Shown: positions 19,306-30,127, numbered from the stretch's first letter. The stretch: DNA of 64,000 nucleotides from an uncultured delta proteobacterium (GCA_963843145.1 CAWJJC010000010.1:192001-256000), one strand, 5' to 3'. The notes: generated from the letters alone by a model not told the origin. Program-made: numbers and translations.

Positions 19306-20165
19306 GACGTGGCTCTTCTGCCGAAGAGGCCCTGGGGCCGCCAGATGAGCATAACGACCATGACGGCATAGATGATAAAGGCCCCGATTTCGGGGATGTA
19401 GTACTTACCGGCCACATCGAAGACGCCCAGGATGAGCGCCGCAGCCAACGGGCCGCCTACGGTACCGGTCCCGCCCACGGCGACGACGATCAAAAAATAG
19501 ACCAGGAACTTTACCGGAAAAGTCGGGTCCAGGTTGAGGATTTCGATCCCCAGGGCTCCGGCCAATCCGGCCAGTCCCGATCCTAAGCCGAAGGTGATAG
19601 CGAAGAGACGATTGACATTGATGCCCAGGCCCCGGGCGACACGTCCATTATCGACGGCGGCACGCAGCCGGCTGCCGAAGCGGGTCCGCATCAGGCCCAG
19701 GTGGAGGAACAGGGCGATGAGGCCGCAAAGCCCGATCAGGAAGAGGCGGTAGACTCCGACGTCGAAGCCGGAGAAGACGTGAAACTGCCCTTGCAGGAAT
19801 GAGGGAACTTGAATGATCTGATGTTGAGAGCCCATGAAATAGGCGGCGGCGGCCATGGAGGCAAAGACGATCCCAATGGTGAACAGCACCTGATCCAAGG
19901 GATGGGCATTGTACAGGCGAACGTAGAGGGTGCGCTCCAGGATCACCCCGGCCAAGGCCGAAACGATGAAGGCTACGGGCAGACAAAAGAGGAAAGGCAG
20001 GCCCCAGTGGTTCAACAGCACCACGGCCACATAACCGCCTAACATGGCGAACGAACCGTGGGCCAGATTGACGAAGTTCATGATGCCGAGGGTCACGCTT
20101 AACCCGAGGGCCAGCAGGAATAGCAAAGCCCCCGAGGAAACGCCATCAAAGAGGACGGTCAACAT
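19302..20165 (-). CDS. livH: ABC transporter permease (LivH-like)
   Basis: ALGLSVTLGIMNFVNLAHGSF; TRFGSRLRAAVDN; RPQGLFG. Confidence 0.9.
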   Translation of the reverse strand: MLTVLFDGVSSGALLFLLALGLSVTLGIMNFVNLAHGSFAMLGGYVAVVLLNHWGLPFLFCLPVAFIVSALAGVILERTLYVRLYNAHPLDQVLFTIGIVFASMAAAAYFMGSQHQIIQVPSFLQGQFHVFSGFDVGVYRLFLIGLCGLIALFLHLGLMRTRFGSRLRAAVDNGRVARGLGINVNRLFAITFGLGSGLAGLAGALGIEILNLDPTFPVKFLVYFLIVVAVGGTGTVGGPLAAALILGVFDVAGKYYIPEIGAFIIYAVMVVMLIWRPQGLFGRRATS

Positions 20166-20195
20166 GGGATCGTCTGCTGTTTTGCCGATCGACGA

Positions 20196-21365
20196 TTACT
20201 TCCCGCTTGGGGGTACCGAGGCGATATGGTCGAACTCGACATTGAACAAATGACCGCCTACTCGCTTCACCTCGCGCATATAGACATCTTGGACGATATC
20301 GCGGGTCCGCGGATCGATGCTGACCGGGCCGCGGGGGCTGACCCAGCTTAAGCCCTTGGCCGCGGCGATGAATTTGTCGCCTTCGGCCGAGCCATTGGTC
20401 TTCTTCAGGACCCGGTAAATCAAATCCATGCCATCCCAGCCACCGACGGCCATGAAGTTCGGCCGCATACCGGGGTTGGCTTTCTCGAAGGCGGCCACGT
20501 AGGCCTTGTTCTCGGGTGAAGGATGGGCCGCGGAATAGTACTGCGAGGTAATCGTCCCGATAGCCGGATCCCCCATGGAGTCCAGGATGTCGTCATCCGT
20601 CATGTCGCCCGTGCCGATGAGCTTGATGCCGGCCTTGGACAGACCACGCTCGGCGAACTGCTTCATCACCGCGGCACCCTGGCCGGAGGGAACGAAGACA
20701 AACAGGGCCTGGGGTTTGGCATCTTTGGCCCGTTGGACAAAGGGCGCATAGTCGGGATTCTGAAGGGGAACCCGGGCGCTGCCGACCACTTTCCCTCCGT
20801 TTTGTTCGAACACCCGCTTAAAGCTGGTCTCCGCGTCAATGCCCGGCGCGTAGTCGCTTATCAGCGTGAACACCGTCTTAATACCGTGCTGGGAAGCCCA
20901 AACCGCCAGCGGAGTGGAATTTTGGGGCAGCGTACCCGAAGTGCGTAAGATATAGGGAGACTTCTCCGGGATAACCAGGGTCATGGCCGACATAACGATC
21001 ATGGGGGTCTTGGCGAGCGTGGCGATCGGGGCCGCCGCGAAGGCCAGCGGTGTCAGCCCAAATCCGGCCAGGATTTCGGCGTGATCATTGGTGACCAGTT
21101 CCTGGGCGAAACGTTTGGTGGTCTCCGGCACGCTGGTATCATCCCGCAGTAAGAGCTCGATCTTGCGGCCGGCCACCACATTGCCGTGCTCGGCCAGATA
21201 AAGCTTGACGGCCGCAACGACCTGCTTGCCGGTCGAGGCAAAAGGTCCGGTCATCGGGAGAATCAGACCGATCTTTAGGGGTTGTTGGGCCATGGCCCTT
21301 TCAGATAAAAAAACGGACGCGGACAGAAAAACCAAAAATAAAGTGAAGAACAATCTTATTCTCAT
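20196..21365 (-). CDS. Periplasmic substrate-binding protein (Leu/aromatic acid-binding PBP1 family)
   Basis: Signal peptide; KIGLILPMTGPFASTG; GFGLTPLA; SDYAPG.DAE; SPRGP..IDP.TRDIVQ. Confidence 0.9.
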   Translation of the reverse strand: MRIRLFFTLFLVFLSASVFLSERAMAQQPLKIGLILPMTGPFASTGKQVVAAVKLYLAEHGNVVAGRKIELLLRDDTSVPETTKRFAQELVTNDHAEILAGFGLTPLAFAAAPIATLAKTPMIVMSAMTLVIPEKSPYILRTSGTLPQNSTPLAVWASQHGIKTVFTLISDYAPGIDAETSFKRVFEQNGGKVVGSARVPLQNPDYAPFVQRAKDAKPQALFVFVPSGQGAAVMKQFAERGLSKAGIKLIGTGDMTDDDILDSMGDPAIGTITSQYYSAAHPSPENKAYVAAFEKANPGMRPNFMAVGGWDGMDLIYRVLKKTNGSAEGDKFIAAAKGLSWVSPRGPVSIDPRTRDIVQDVYMREVKRVGGHLFNVEFDHIASVPPSGK

Positions 21366-21580
21366 GACTCTCCTCTCTTTTGGTCAGCAATCATGACCGT
21401 CATGGTGAAAGTTGATTTAACAGAAGGTCTAGGATAAAAGAAACTCCCTAATCACGAGTGAACCGTCTTCGCCTTATTGGTGAAATTGGCCGGGGAAACA
21501 GTTCGTTTAAGCCGGGAAAAGTATAGGAAAGGGGAAATAGAGAGTCAAGGGGAAAAAAACGGACGGTTATTCGTCCTTTT

Positions 21581-21680
21581 TTGAAGCCCGGAGTACCTCT
21601 GGAAAACCCCTTTGTCGAGACCCGACGGCCATACCAGATAGGCGGGGGTACCCGCCCAAAAGGGCGAAGCGTTAAATAGA
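21581..21680. repeat. Inverted copy of the ~100 bp repeat at 8102-8202
   Basis: Reverse complement reads TCTATTTAACGCTTCGCCCTTTTGGGCGGGTACCCCCG...GGTCTCGACAAAGGGGTTTTCCAGAGGTACTCCGG. Confidence 0.8.
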
Positions 21681-21842
21681 CAGCCGCAAAACAGAAAGGA
21701 TGCCCTTCAATAAAGTGGCTCTGACTGACCCGCCGCTAAATCGGGCTCGCCGCAATGGCGCCGGATTCGCGGCGAGAACCCACGAAGCCCAAGTCGATAA
21801 CGGCTTACCCGGCTAGGTTCAGGCCGGGTGCTCCCTCCCCAG

Positions 21843-23556
21843 TTATTTCACCGGGGAGGCATCCCACTCCCCTTCCCGTCGCAATTGTTCCACGATGGGC
21901 TGGGCCAGCTTCTGCAGGGCCAGCTTGTCCACTTTGGTGCTGCGGGTGATTGGGAATTCCCGGCCGGCGGGCCAGAGCTCCACATGCTGGGGCCGCTTGT
22001 AGGAGGCGATTTCCCGGCAGTGGGCCAGCACTTCCTCGGCGGTCAGCGCCGCCCCCGGGAGGAGGCGCACAAAGGCAAAGATCCCCTCGTCAAAAAGCCG
22101 ATGTTCCAGACCCACCACTTCGGCCACTTCCACCCCGGGCAGCCGGCCGATGTGGGCTTCGACCTCATCCGGAAAAACGTTATAACCTTTTTGTTTGATC
22201 ACGAACTTCCGCCTCCCGGCCAGAAAGAGGGCCCGGTAGGTTCCCAGGTTTTTGAAGGAGCCGAGGTCCCCGGTATAGAGGATCCCTTCTCTGGAAATGG
22301 TTTTGGCCGTTTCCTGAGGCTGGTTGTAGTAGCCGAGGAACACCAGGGGTGGATGGTAGCAGATCTCCCCGATCTCCCCTTCAGGGAGTTCCTCCCCGGC
22401 GCTGCCGTCCGGGTTCATGGGCCTGCGGACCGTAACGGCCGCCAGGTCGGGGAAGGCCCGCCCCACCTGGCCGACCATTTCCTCCGGCGGAATATCCTTC
22501 GGGGTAAAGGTGGCGAAGCCGGCATTTTCGGTCATGCCGATACCGGTGCCGAAATGGGGAGCCATGCCGGAGAGTTTTTTCAGGAAGGCCAGATCCACCG
22601 CCGAACCGGCATAGGCCACGAAGCGCAGGCTGCTCAGATCGAGACCGGGATAGTCGGGATGATTCCAGAGCATCCGGTACTGGGTGGGGATCTGCCCGAG
22701 GACATTGACCCGGTGCTTGGGAATGGCCTCCAGGGTCATCTTGACATCAAAGATGCGCAACAGGACGGTCGTGCCCCCCAGGGCCATGGTGGTCATGAAA
22801 CATTCGGTCAGACAGCCCACGTGGCTGGGAGGCAGGTTGATCAGGATACGCAGGTCGCTGCCCAGTCCCACGTCCAATCCCCGGGCCAGGATCTCGTTCT
22901 GGGTGATGATGTTCTCGTGGCAGAGCAGGGCCGGTTTGGGATCGCCGGTTGTCCCGGTGGTATAGATGATCAAGGCCGGGGTCCGGGGTTTGACCTGTCG
23001 ATAAGCCTTTTCCAGCCTCCGGGTGAAGAGGTCCTTGATTTTCAAAGCCAGGAGCTTCTTCTTGTCCATCATCCCGGTGATCGACCAGGCCCCGTCCAGG
23101 AGTTCCCCGGGCTTCGGGTCGGCCGTAAACTGCACCAGAAATTCGACGGAAGGGACAGTGCGCTTTTACCGCTTGGCCGACCTGGCGGAAATCTCGGACC
23201 GGGGTCTGTCCCAGGAAGAAAAAGACCTTGGGGTTGATTTTGTTCAGGTCCCGGACGACTTCTTCATCCTTGAGGCGCAGGTCCAGCGGGGAAACAATGG
23301 CTCCGATCTTAAAACAGGCGTACATCAGCATCAGGTGTTCCGGAATCAAAACCAGTTGGGTGGCCACGCGGTCTCCCTCCCGGACACCCATATCCAGCAG
23401 ACGCAGGGCGAAGAAGTCGATCAGGGAAAGAAACCGTTTATAGGATACGGTTTTGCCGTCCTCGTGCTGGATCATGGCCGGTTTATCCGGAAAGGTTTTC
23501 GCCCAGTGCTCGATATAGGAATTGACCAAGGGTAATCTAACAAAAGGGGTGGTCAT
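21843..23556 (-). CDS. AMP-binding acyl-CoA synthetase (frameshift ~23150)
   Basis: IYTTGTTGDPKPA; GMTE; YTGDLG; GRRKFVIKQKGYNVFPDEVE; joins ORFs 22747-23556 and 21843-23135. Confidence 0.85.
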
Positions 23557-23582
23557 GTTTCCTCCTTATATTAACGGTCACG

Positions 23583-23875
23583 AAATAATATTGACAGGAT
23601 TCCTTAACGCCGCCAGTCACAACGTAAGACAAAAGACGATCTCTCGCAGAGCGCACAGGGATCGCAGAGAATATATAATTTTTGATTGCCGCTGAGAGGC
23701 CGGCAATCAAAAAAAATCTCCCGCTCCGCGAATGAGACCCCGCCGGAGGCGTGAGTTTTTTTGAAAAATCGGCGTCTCAGCGATTTTTCAAAGACTAAAA
23801 TCATCTTTCTCTGCGCCCTCTGAGAACTCGAGCGAAGCGGGCGAGAGATAAAAAGAACCCTCCCTGTAAATACAA
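23583..23875. repeat. ~290 bp structured intergenic repeat, copy 2
   Basis: Same orientation and same hairpins as 6234-6527. Confidence 0.85.
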
Positions 23876-23943
23876 GTCGAAAAACGACTTTCTGCGAGGC
23901 GGGACTCTCCCGCCACTTGAAGTAAATTCAAGTGGTCCCACCC

Positions 23944-24843
23944 TCACCCACTTTCGGTGAGTCCGTCATTTTTTATGAAGGCGTAGCCTTTGCTGATGGC
24001 CGGCTGCCCTTCCGCGTTCTGGACGATAAAATACAGATCGGTCCCTTCGGGCCGGGGGAGTTTTCCGACTAGACCAATCCGAATGGAGGTCCCGGGCAGA
24101 ACCATACCGCTGAACCGGCCGGAGAAGGCCCCGAGTCTCCGGGGATCCTTCCCGGCTTCCCGATTCAGGATCTCCCGGGCGGCCAGGGCCAATGTGGCGG
24201 TTCCCTGGAGGATGATCCCGGGCAGCCCGACCCGGCGGGCAAAGCTTCGCGAGGTATGGATGGGGAAGAAGATATTGGTACAGCCGTCGTAGAGGAAGGG
24301 CCGCAGGGTGTCGATGGGCAGGGTCGTTTCCCAGAGGGCTCGGTCCGCCTCCGGGACGGATGGGATCGCCGGGAGGGCCTCCTGCCCCTGCCCGTCCCCG
24401 GTGCAGGACACTCCCCGCATCAAGGCCCCGGTATGCTCGGTGAAAACCCGTTGGCCCTTCTGGTCCGAAGCCTCAAAGCAGATCACTACCCGGGTCCCGG
24501 CCCGATGGGGCAGGATGGCGGCGATCTTCCCCTGAACCGTCAAGTGATCTCCGGGCCGCGCGGGGCGATGGAAGACCAGGTGCTCGGTATGGTGGACCTG
24601 GGTGAAGAGGACCTCCGGTGGAAACCGCTCGCTGTCGATAAATTCCCAGATCCGCTCCAGGATGGGCCAGGTAACAGCCACGCTGAAAAGCGGTGGGGCG
24701 ACAATCCCCGGATCGCGCTCGTCGTCAAAATACCAGGGATTGTCATCCCCCACGGCGGCAGCGTAATTCATCGTCTCCCGCCAGGTCACTTCCCGGTCAT
24801 AGGGTTTCAGCATCGTTCCGACCAGGTCTGAACTCAGGTTCAT
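23944..24843 (-). CDS. MaoC/hot-dog double-domain (R)-enoyl-CoA hydratase-like protein
   Basis: YAAAVGDDNP.YF; APPLF; FPIHTS..FAR.VGLPGIILQGTAT. Confidence 0.8.
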   Translation of the reverse strand: MNLSSDLVGTMLKPYDREVTWRETMNYAAAVGDDNPWYFDDERDPGIVAPPLFSVAVTWPILERIWEFIDSERFPPEVLFTQVHHTEHLVFHRPARPGDHLTVQGKIAAILPHRAGTRVVICFEASDQKGQRVFTEHTGALMRGVSCTGDGQGQEALPAIPSVPEADRALWETTLPIDTLRPFLYDGCTNIFFPIHTSRSFARRVGLPGIILQGTATLALAAREILNREAGKDPRRLGAFSGRFSGMVLPGTSIRIGLVGKLPRPEGTDLYFIVQNAEGQPAISKGYAFIKNDGLTESG

Positions 24844-24949
24844 GAAGGTCTCCCATTGGTACGAAAAACCACTTCGTGATTTAAAATTCGGTGTTCGATA
24901 TTCGAACTTCGTTTTTTCCTTTTCATATTAAACCGTTTTCCCTTGAGGC

Positions 24950-25738
24950 TCAGGATCGGCCTTCCTCGGCCAGGCAGGCGGCGCCAAGGGCGGCGGTGAG
25001 CCGAGGGGTCTCCGGAACCCGCACCTCCAAACCCAGGGCCTCGCTGACGACCCGGACCAGGCCGGTGTCTTCGGCCCCGCCGCCAGTGAGAACCACCTCC
25101 GGCTCCATTTTCACCCTTTTGGCCAGCAGGGCCACTTTGGCGGCCATGGCGCGATGCACGCCGGCCAGCAGGTCTTCCGGACGGGCGCCTTCAGCCAATC
25201 GCGAGACGGTCTCCGATTCGGCAAAGACGGCGCAGTTGGTGGAAAATTCCACCGGCCTTTCCGATTTCAGGGAAAGTGGGCCGATGGCTTCCCATTCGAT
25301 CTGCAGGATACGGGCTATGATCTTCAGGAAGCGGCCGGAGCCGGCGGCGCATTTTTCGCTGATCAGGAAATCGACCACCCGGCCCTCGTTGTTCAGCTTG
25401 GCGGCTTTGGTGAACTGCCCGCCGATATCGATCACGGTGCGGGCCGCTGGGAAGTGGAAACGGCAGCCCCTGGCCTGGCAGGATATGTCGGACACCGTCC
25501 GGGCCGAAAAGGGGGCGCTTTCCGCTCCGACACCGGTGACCACAATGCCGGCGAGTTGTTCCCGGTTCAGCCCGGCCCGGGCCAAGGCCGCCTCCAACAC
25601 GCCTCGGGCCGTTTCCCGGTAGCGCCCCCCGGAAGGACACATTTCGGAAGCCAGGATTTTTTGACCGCTGAGCAGCACCGCCTTGATAAAGGCCGAACCG
25701 ATATCCACTCCGGCAAAACAGGCGGGCGCTTTGCTCAT
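24950..25738 (-). CDS. CoA-substrate enzyme activase (BadF/BadG/BcrA/BcrD/HgdC ATPase family)
   Basis: GVDIGS; IDIGGQ; EKCAAGSGRFL; NCAVFAESE; TGGGA. Confidence 0.9.
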   Translation of the reverse strand: MSKAPACFAGVDIGSAFIKAVLLSGQKILASEMCPSGGRYRETARGVLEAALARAGLNREQLAGIVVTGVGAESAPFSARTVSDISCQARGCRFHFPAARTVIDIGGQFTKAAKLNNEGRVVDFLISEKCAAGSGRFLKIIARILQIEWEAIGPLSLKSERPVEFSTNCAVFAESETVSRLAEGARPEDLLAGVHRAMAAKVALLAKRVKMEPEVVLTGGGAEDTGLVRVVSEALGLEVRVPETPRLTAALGAACLAEEGRS

Positions 25739-26565
25739 TGGAAGAAGGTCACCCCTTCCAGTTTTCTGGCCCGGTTCGGGATCACCCCGCGGGCGGTGAA
25801 GTCCATTCCCAAGAGGGCCGCCCCCAACGCACCGGTGAGGAGGGGTTCATCGGGCACCAGCACCGGGAAACCGACCTGGTCTCCCACGGCCTGGATCAAC
25901 CCGCTGTTCATGGCCCCGCCGCCGGTGACTGCCACGTCCTTTTGGATCCCCAGAGCGCGGACCAGATTGACCACCCGCCCGGCAATGGCCGCGTGCAACC
26001 CGGCGATGATTTCCGGGATACCCGCCCCCTCGGCCAGCCGGGAAGTCACCTCGTGTTCGGCAAAGACGGTGCAGGTATTGGAAATAGGGACGGCTTCCTT
26101 GGCCATCAGCGAAAGGCCGCCCATTTCGGCCAGGGGGATCCCCAGGGTATCGGCGATCACCTCCAGGAAACGGCCGGTACCGGCGGCGCACTTATCGTTC
26201 ATGACAAAGTTGATGACCTTGCCGCCGGCGTCCAGCTTGATACCCTTGGAGTCCTGCCCGCCGATATCGATAACCGTCCGGACCGTGGGAAAGAGGGCCC
26301 GAATGCCCCGGGCGTGGCAGGTGATCTCCGTAATCTGCTTGTCGGCGAAGGGGACGTTGATCCGTCCGTACCCGGTGGCCACGATAAAGTCCAGGCCCTC
26401 CAGGGCCAGGCCCGTTTTGTCCAGGATCCCGGCCAGCACTTGCAGGGCTAAATGGCGGTGTTCGGCGCCGGTAGGGCCGATGATTGATCCCAGAACTTTT
26501 CCTTCCCCGTCGGTGATAACCGCCTTGGTCATGGTGGAGCCGATGTCAATGCCGGCATAGGGCAT
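25735..26565 (-). CDS. CoA-substrate enzyme activase (BadF/BadG/BcrA/BcrD/HgdC ATPase family)
   Basis: GIDIGSTMTK; ATGYGR; TEITCHA; IDIGGQDSK; MNDKCAAGTGRFLE; TCTVFAE. Confidence 0.92.
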   Translation of the reverse strand: MPYAGIDIGSTMTKAVITDGEGKVLGSIIGPTGAEHRHLALQVLAGILDKTGLALEGLDFIVATGYGRINVPFADKQITEITCHARGIRALFPTVRTVIDIGGQDSKGIKLDAGGKVINFVMNDKCAAGTGRFLEVIADTLGIPLAEMGGLSLMAKEAVPISNTCTVFAEHEVTSRLAEGAGIPEIIAGLHAAIAGRVVNLVRALGIQKDVAVTGGGAMNSGLIQAVGDQVGFPVLVPDEPLLTGALGAALLGMDFTARGVIPNRARKLEGVTFFQ

Positions 26566-26613
26566 AATTATCTTTTGTATACCGTCTCTTTATTGTATTT
26601 ACCGGTAATCTCT

Positions 26614-26698
26614 CGTCATCCCCGAATGCCTTTATCGGGGATCCATTGTTCCTTGAGAAAGGCCTGGATTCCCGCTCAGAAGCGCTGCGGAAATGACG
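26614..26698. repeat. CGTC REP-like doublet, copy 2
   Basis: Reverse complement of 12708-12792. Confidence 0.8.
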
Positions 26699-26853
26699 CG
26701 CATTAATTCCGAGTAGTTTTTGTTTTGGTCATTTGGATTTGGGACTTTCGTGCTTGTTTCGAATTTCGTGCTTCGGATTTCGGATTTAAAGATCGCGCCG
26801 GTTCAATACTATTATCGTACCTGGACCCTTTGCCCCTTTCTCCAACCTTCCAT

Positions 26854-28167
26854 TTACGCCCGCCCCGCCAGGGCCTCGATAAAGGCCCCGATCTGGGCCT
26901 TCCAGTGGGCCTCGGAGTAATCCCGGAGATCGACCATGTCGGAGACCAACTGCATCATGGGGATATCCGTGAATTGACCCAGGAGGTTTTTGATATGCAC
27001 CTGGCCGACCGTGGTCGCCCGGCAGGAACGGCAGGCGTGGAAGACCACCCCGTCGATCCGGTAATCGTTGATCATCCCCAGCAGCTTTTCCACGATGGGA
27101 TGGCCGCTGTGGGCCCGGGCCTGGTCGTGACGCTGCGTGAAGCGCAGAAAGGTCCGCCAGGCCAGGTATTCGACCGGGTCTTTGATCCGGGCCGGCACTT
27201 CCACGGGGTCGTAGCCCCGGTAAACGTTCTCAATTACGAATACGGCGCCGAAGCTTTCGAAGTAATTAAAGATCCAGAGGGTGTGCCAGGGGGGCAAGCC
27301 ACCGCCGTAGAGCAGGCGGTACTTTTCCTCGGGGATGACGCCGATCTTGTTTTCCGCCTTGGCCTTGACCTCATCGTAGAGCCCCTGGTAGAAATCCACC
27401 GCCACCTGGGTGCCGGAGAAATAATGGCCGGCCACCATGACGCTGAAGTGGTCCTGGGTCGGCATGGGGCTGGGGACGGCGACGCGCAGTCGGTCGATCT
27501 CGTACCAGAGCCGCCAGGACTCATCCCCCAGCCGGATGGTCTCCCAGAGCCTCTCTGGATCAAGCTTCTGGCCGGTCTGCTGCTCGAGAAACCCGATCAG
27601 ACCCTGAAACTGCTCTTTTTGATAGTGGATATAGTAGTCCCGCACCCGGTCCAGGTCCGCGTAAACCGGCGGCCCAACCACATCGATATTATAGGTAGGC
27701 ACGTCCAGGTAGCGCCCCGCCGCCTGAAACCATTTGAAGCGGGGGTCGCAGACGGCGCTGCTGCCCAGCATCAGGTCTGGGACGGGCATCCCGCCGTCCG
27801 GGGCGTTTTCCGGCAGGCCGCCCAGCTCTTTTCGCAGGCTGTCGAAGCCCAGGCCGATCCGGGCATAGCTGCAAAGCACCTGGGAGTAGCCGTCCGCTTC
27901 CGCCTGGAGGAGAAAGCGGTCCATGTCGCGCTTGGCGGCGCACAAGCCGGCATAGTTTTCCGTGGGCAGAGGCACGATATCCATGGCCCGCAGGATTTCG
28001 TCATACTGGGAAGCCACCATAAAATAGGCCACTTTCTGGCCCCGGGCCTTGGCTTCGTGGGCGTTCCGGTAGATGCTCTTCACCAGGGCCCGCACCTGCC
28101 GGGCCGTTTCCGTGCCTTTGATCGCCGTGGTTTTTTGCTTTCCCTTCTCTTCCCTAACCATAACCAT
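26854..28167 (-). CDS. 2-hydroxyacyl-CoA dehydratase / class I benzoyl-CoA reductase family subunit (HGD-D)
   Basis: PTENYAGLC; LCSYAR; GGMPVPD; CDPRFKWF; IDGVVFHACRSCR; SDMVD.R. Confidence 0.88.
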   Translation of the reverse strand: MVMVREEKGKQKTTAIKGTETARQVRALVKSIYRNAHEAKARGQKVAYFMVASQYDEILRAMDIVPLPTENYAGLCAAKRDMDRFLLQAEADGYSQVLCSYARIGLGFDSLRKELGGLPENAPDGGMPVPDLMLGSSAVCDPRFKWFQAAGRYLDVPTYNIDVVGPPVYADLDRVRDYYIHYQKEQFQGLIGFLEQQTGQKLDPERLWETIRLGDESWRLWYEIDRLRVAVPSPMPTQDHFSVMVAGHYFSGTQVAVDFYQGLYDEVKAKAENKIGVIPEEKYRLLYGGGLPPWHTLWIFNYFESFGAVFVIENVYRGYDPVEVPARIKDPVEYLAWRTFLRFTQRHDQARAHSGHPIVEKLLGMINDYRIDGVVFHACRSCRATTVGQVHIKNLLGQFTDIPMMQLVSDMVDLRDYSEAHWKAQIGAFIEALAGRA

Positions 28168-28172
28168 TCCCT

Positions 28173-29312
28173 TTAAGTCAGCATTTCCAGAAAGGCCTGG
28201 ACCCGGGTACGGAGCTGGCCGCTGGCGGAGGTGGAGTAATCGTCCTCGATCATCAGCACCGGAAGCGGCATTCCCTCCAAGTATTCCCGCAAATCAGGCC
28301 CTTCCAGTTCACAGGTATCGCAGTAGCGAACGATCGTGCCGATGACCCCGTCGACCTTCCATTCCCTGACGAACCGGCCGATGTGCCCGAAGCGGTTTTC
28401 CAGATCCTCCTCCCGGGTCCCGGTCCGGGCCTCAAAGCTGCGGGGGCAGCGGGTTTGCAGGTATCGCCGGGCCAGGCCCTCCAGGGGATCGTCGGTTTCC
28501 GGCACGTCGTCCCAGAAGAAGCGGGTGCCGGTGCAGAGATCGTCCATCACCAGGGAGGCCCCGCTCTCCTCCACCAGTTGAATAAAGGCCGCGTCGTCTA
28601 TCTCGCTGCCCCAGATGAAGAGGCGGGGAAGTTTCGGGGTCTGGGGCCGAGGGCGCGCCTGAATCTCGGCGACGGCTTCCTGGACGAGTTTCAGGTGCTC
28701 CGCCGTCGGCAGGCCCAGGCCGGCCACCAGGATCCGGGTGACCTCGGTTCCTGAAACCAGCGGCGGGTCGGCCTTTCGCAGGTCATACAGCTCCCGAAGG
28801 ACGGCCCGCCGCCGGTTGGACAAGCGGACGACTTCCCGCAGCCGGTCCGGCTCCAGTTTCCGCCCCGACCACTGCTCCAGGCTGTGGATTAAGTACTCCA
28901 GCTCCCGGCGATAGAAAGTGTCGGAGTCTGGTCCCCGCATATGAGGCACGTTGAGGAGATGGTTGAAGGGAGACGGTTTATTGTGACGCCAGATATGGAA
29001 CAGGCGCTCCACCGTATCGCAGCTATGGGGGGCCACGAACCCGTCCAAGAAATCATATTCCCCTTTCAGGGCCAGGTTGAAACAGCTTCGGGCAAAGGGG
29101 CAGGCCATGGGCTCGATGTAGGCATCCGCCTGATCGATGGGCTCACCGGGGCGGCCCTGGATGCGAAAGGGAAGCATCTCGAAAGCGGTGATGATCTCCT
29201 CGGGCACGAAGCAGCAAAGATAGCCGATGACCTTTTGGCCCGCCTCGTGCCATTCCCGGGCGCGCCGGCTTCTATCCTGATAGTAGATCTCTATCTGTTC
29301 GAAAGCGTTCAT
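28173..29312 (-). CDS. 2-hydroxyacyl-CoA dehydratase / class I benzoyl-CoA reductase family subunit (HGD-D)
   Basis: GYLCCFVPEEII; ACPFARSC; HSCD; DDLCTGTR; DGVI....YCD; GQLRTRVQAFLEML. Confidence 0.88.
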   Translation of the reverse strand: MNAFEQIEIYYQDRSRRAREWHEAGQKVIGYLCCFVPEEIITAFEMLPFRIQGRPGEPIDQADAYIEPMACPFARSCFNLALKGEYDFLDGFVAPHSCDTVERLFHIWRHNKPSPFNHLLNVPHMRGPDSDTFYRRELEYLIHSLEQWSGRKLEPDRLREVVRLSNRRRAVLRELYDLRKADPPLVSGTEVTRILVAGLGLPTAEHLKLVQEAVAEIQARPRPQTPKLPRLFIWGSEIDDAAFIQLVEESGASLVMDDLCTGTRFFWDDVPETDDPLEGLARRYLQTRCPRSFEARTGTREEDLENRFGHIGRFVREWKVDGVIGTIVRYCDTCELEGPDLREYLEGMPLPVLMIEDDYSTSASGQLRTRVQAFLEMLT

Positions 29313-29365
29313 GGGATGTGTTCCTTAATACGAAAATAGAACCCGGCGCCACTCGGGCATTCATC

Positions 29366-29400
29366 AATAATTAATAATTAACAATTGATTATTAATTATT
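29366..29400. promoter_or_regulatory. AT-only inverted repeat upstream of the dehydratase/reductase operon (putative operator)
   Basis: AATAATTAATAAT-N9-ATTATTAATTATT. Confidence 0.4.
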
Positions 29401-29728
29401 AATGTAAACCAGTTAGGCTTATATCGCCCCTTATTTTCATGTTTCGGGGTGCCCGCCCCGGGCAGGGGGGTTTAGTATGAAAATCCTTATCACCCTCTTC
29501 TATTTAAATCCATTACATTTTGTGTCTCCTGCAAAAATCCTAAGCCATCATTCCGGGGCAAATCGGCATCCAGGAACGCTAATCATTTCGGTTAACAATT
29601 TTCTACAAAAATGGTTACCGTTTTTAATCATCAAAAATCATTGATAAAATCTTCCTTGGGAGGGGTTATGGGCAGCCGGCCTTGGCAATCGGGTGTAAGA
29701 GACTCCCGCGGTCTTATGGGATGATTTA

Positions 29729-30127
29729 TTGGCGTTTTTGATTTTCAGCCTGATCATAGATCTGGCCCAGCCTCAAGAACTCCCGGCGGCTTCGGATTGG
29801 ACGATTGTGGACGCACCGAATGTTAAACGTCGTTTTCATACGGCCACGCTGCTGCCGGACAGGCGGGCGCTGGTAGTCGGGGGCTCCAATAATGGCTCTC
29901 TCGCCAGCACAGAAATTTTTAACAGTGGTCTTGGATACAATTTCTTGTGGCGACCGAAGGTAACCCAAATCCCCTCGACATTAAGGCTCGGCAACGCGCT
30001 GACCTTAAATGGTTCTGGATTCAGGGGCTACGGTTTCAGCGAAGGATCGGGCGGGGGTACGAATAACTCCGCCGGCAATTACCCTATCGTCCAGGTCCTT
30101 CGCCTGGACAATGAGCAGATCGCTTGA
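29729..30127 (+). pseudogene. Kelch/galactose-oxidase-repeat protein remnant
   Basis: Signal-like start, a single kelch repeat (RRFHTATLLPDRRALVVGGSNNGSLASTEIF) and WRP...GSGFRG...SEGSGG...NYPIVQ..RLDNEQ, then a stop. Confidence 0.6.

Noticed and set aside
26718-26790. CRISPR-like or coding repeat (TTCGGAT/TTCGTGC heptamers; similar at ~24875-24912)
   Set aside because: Short degenerate heptamer run without a repeat-spacer structure.
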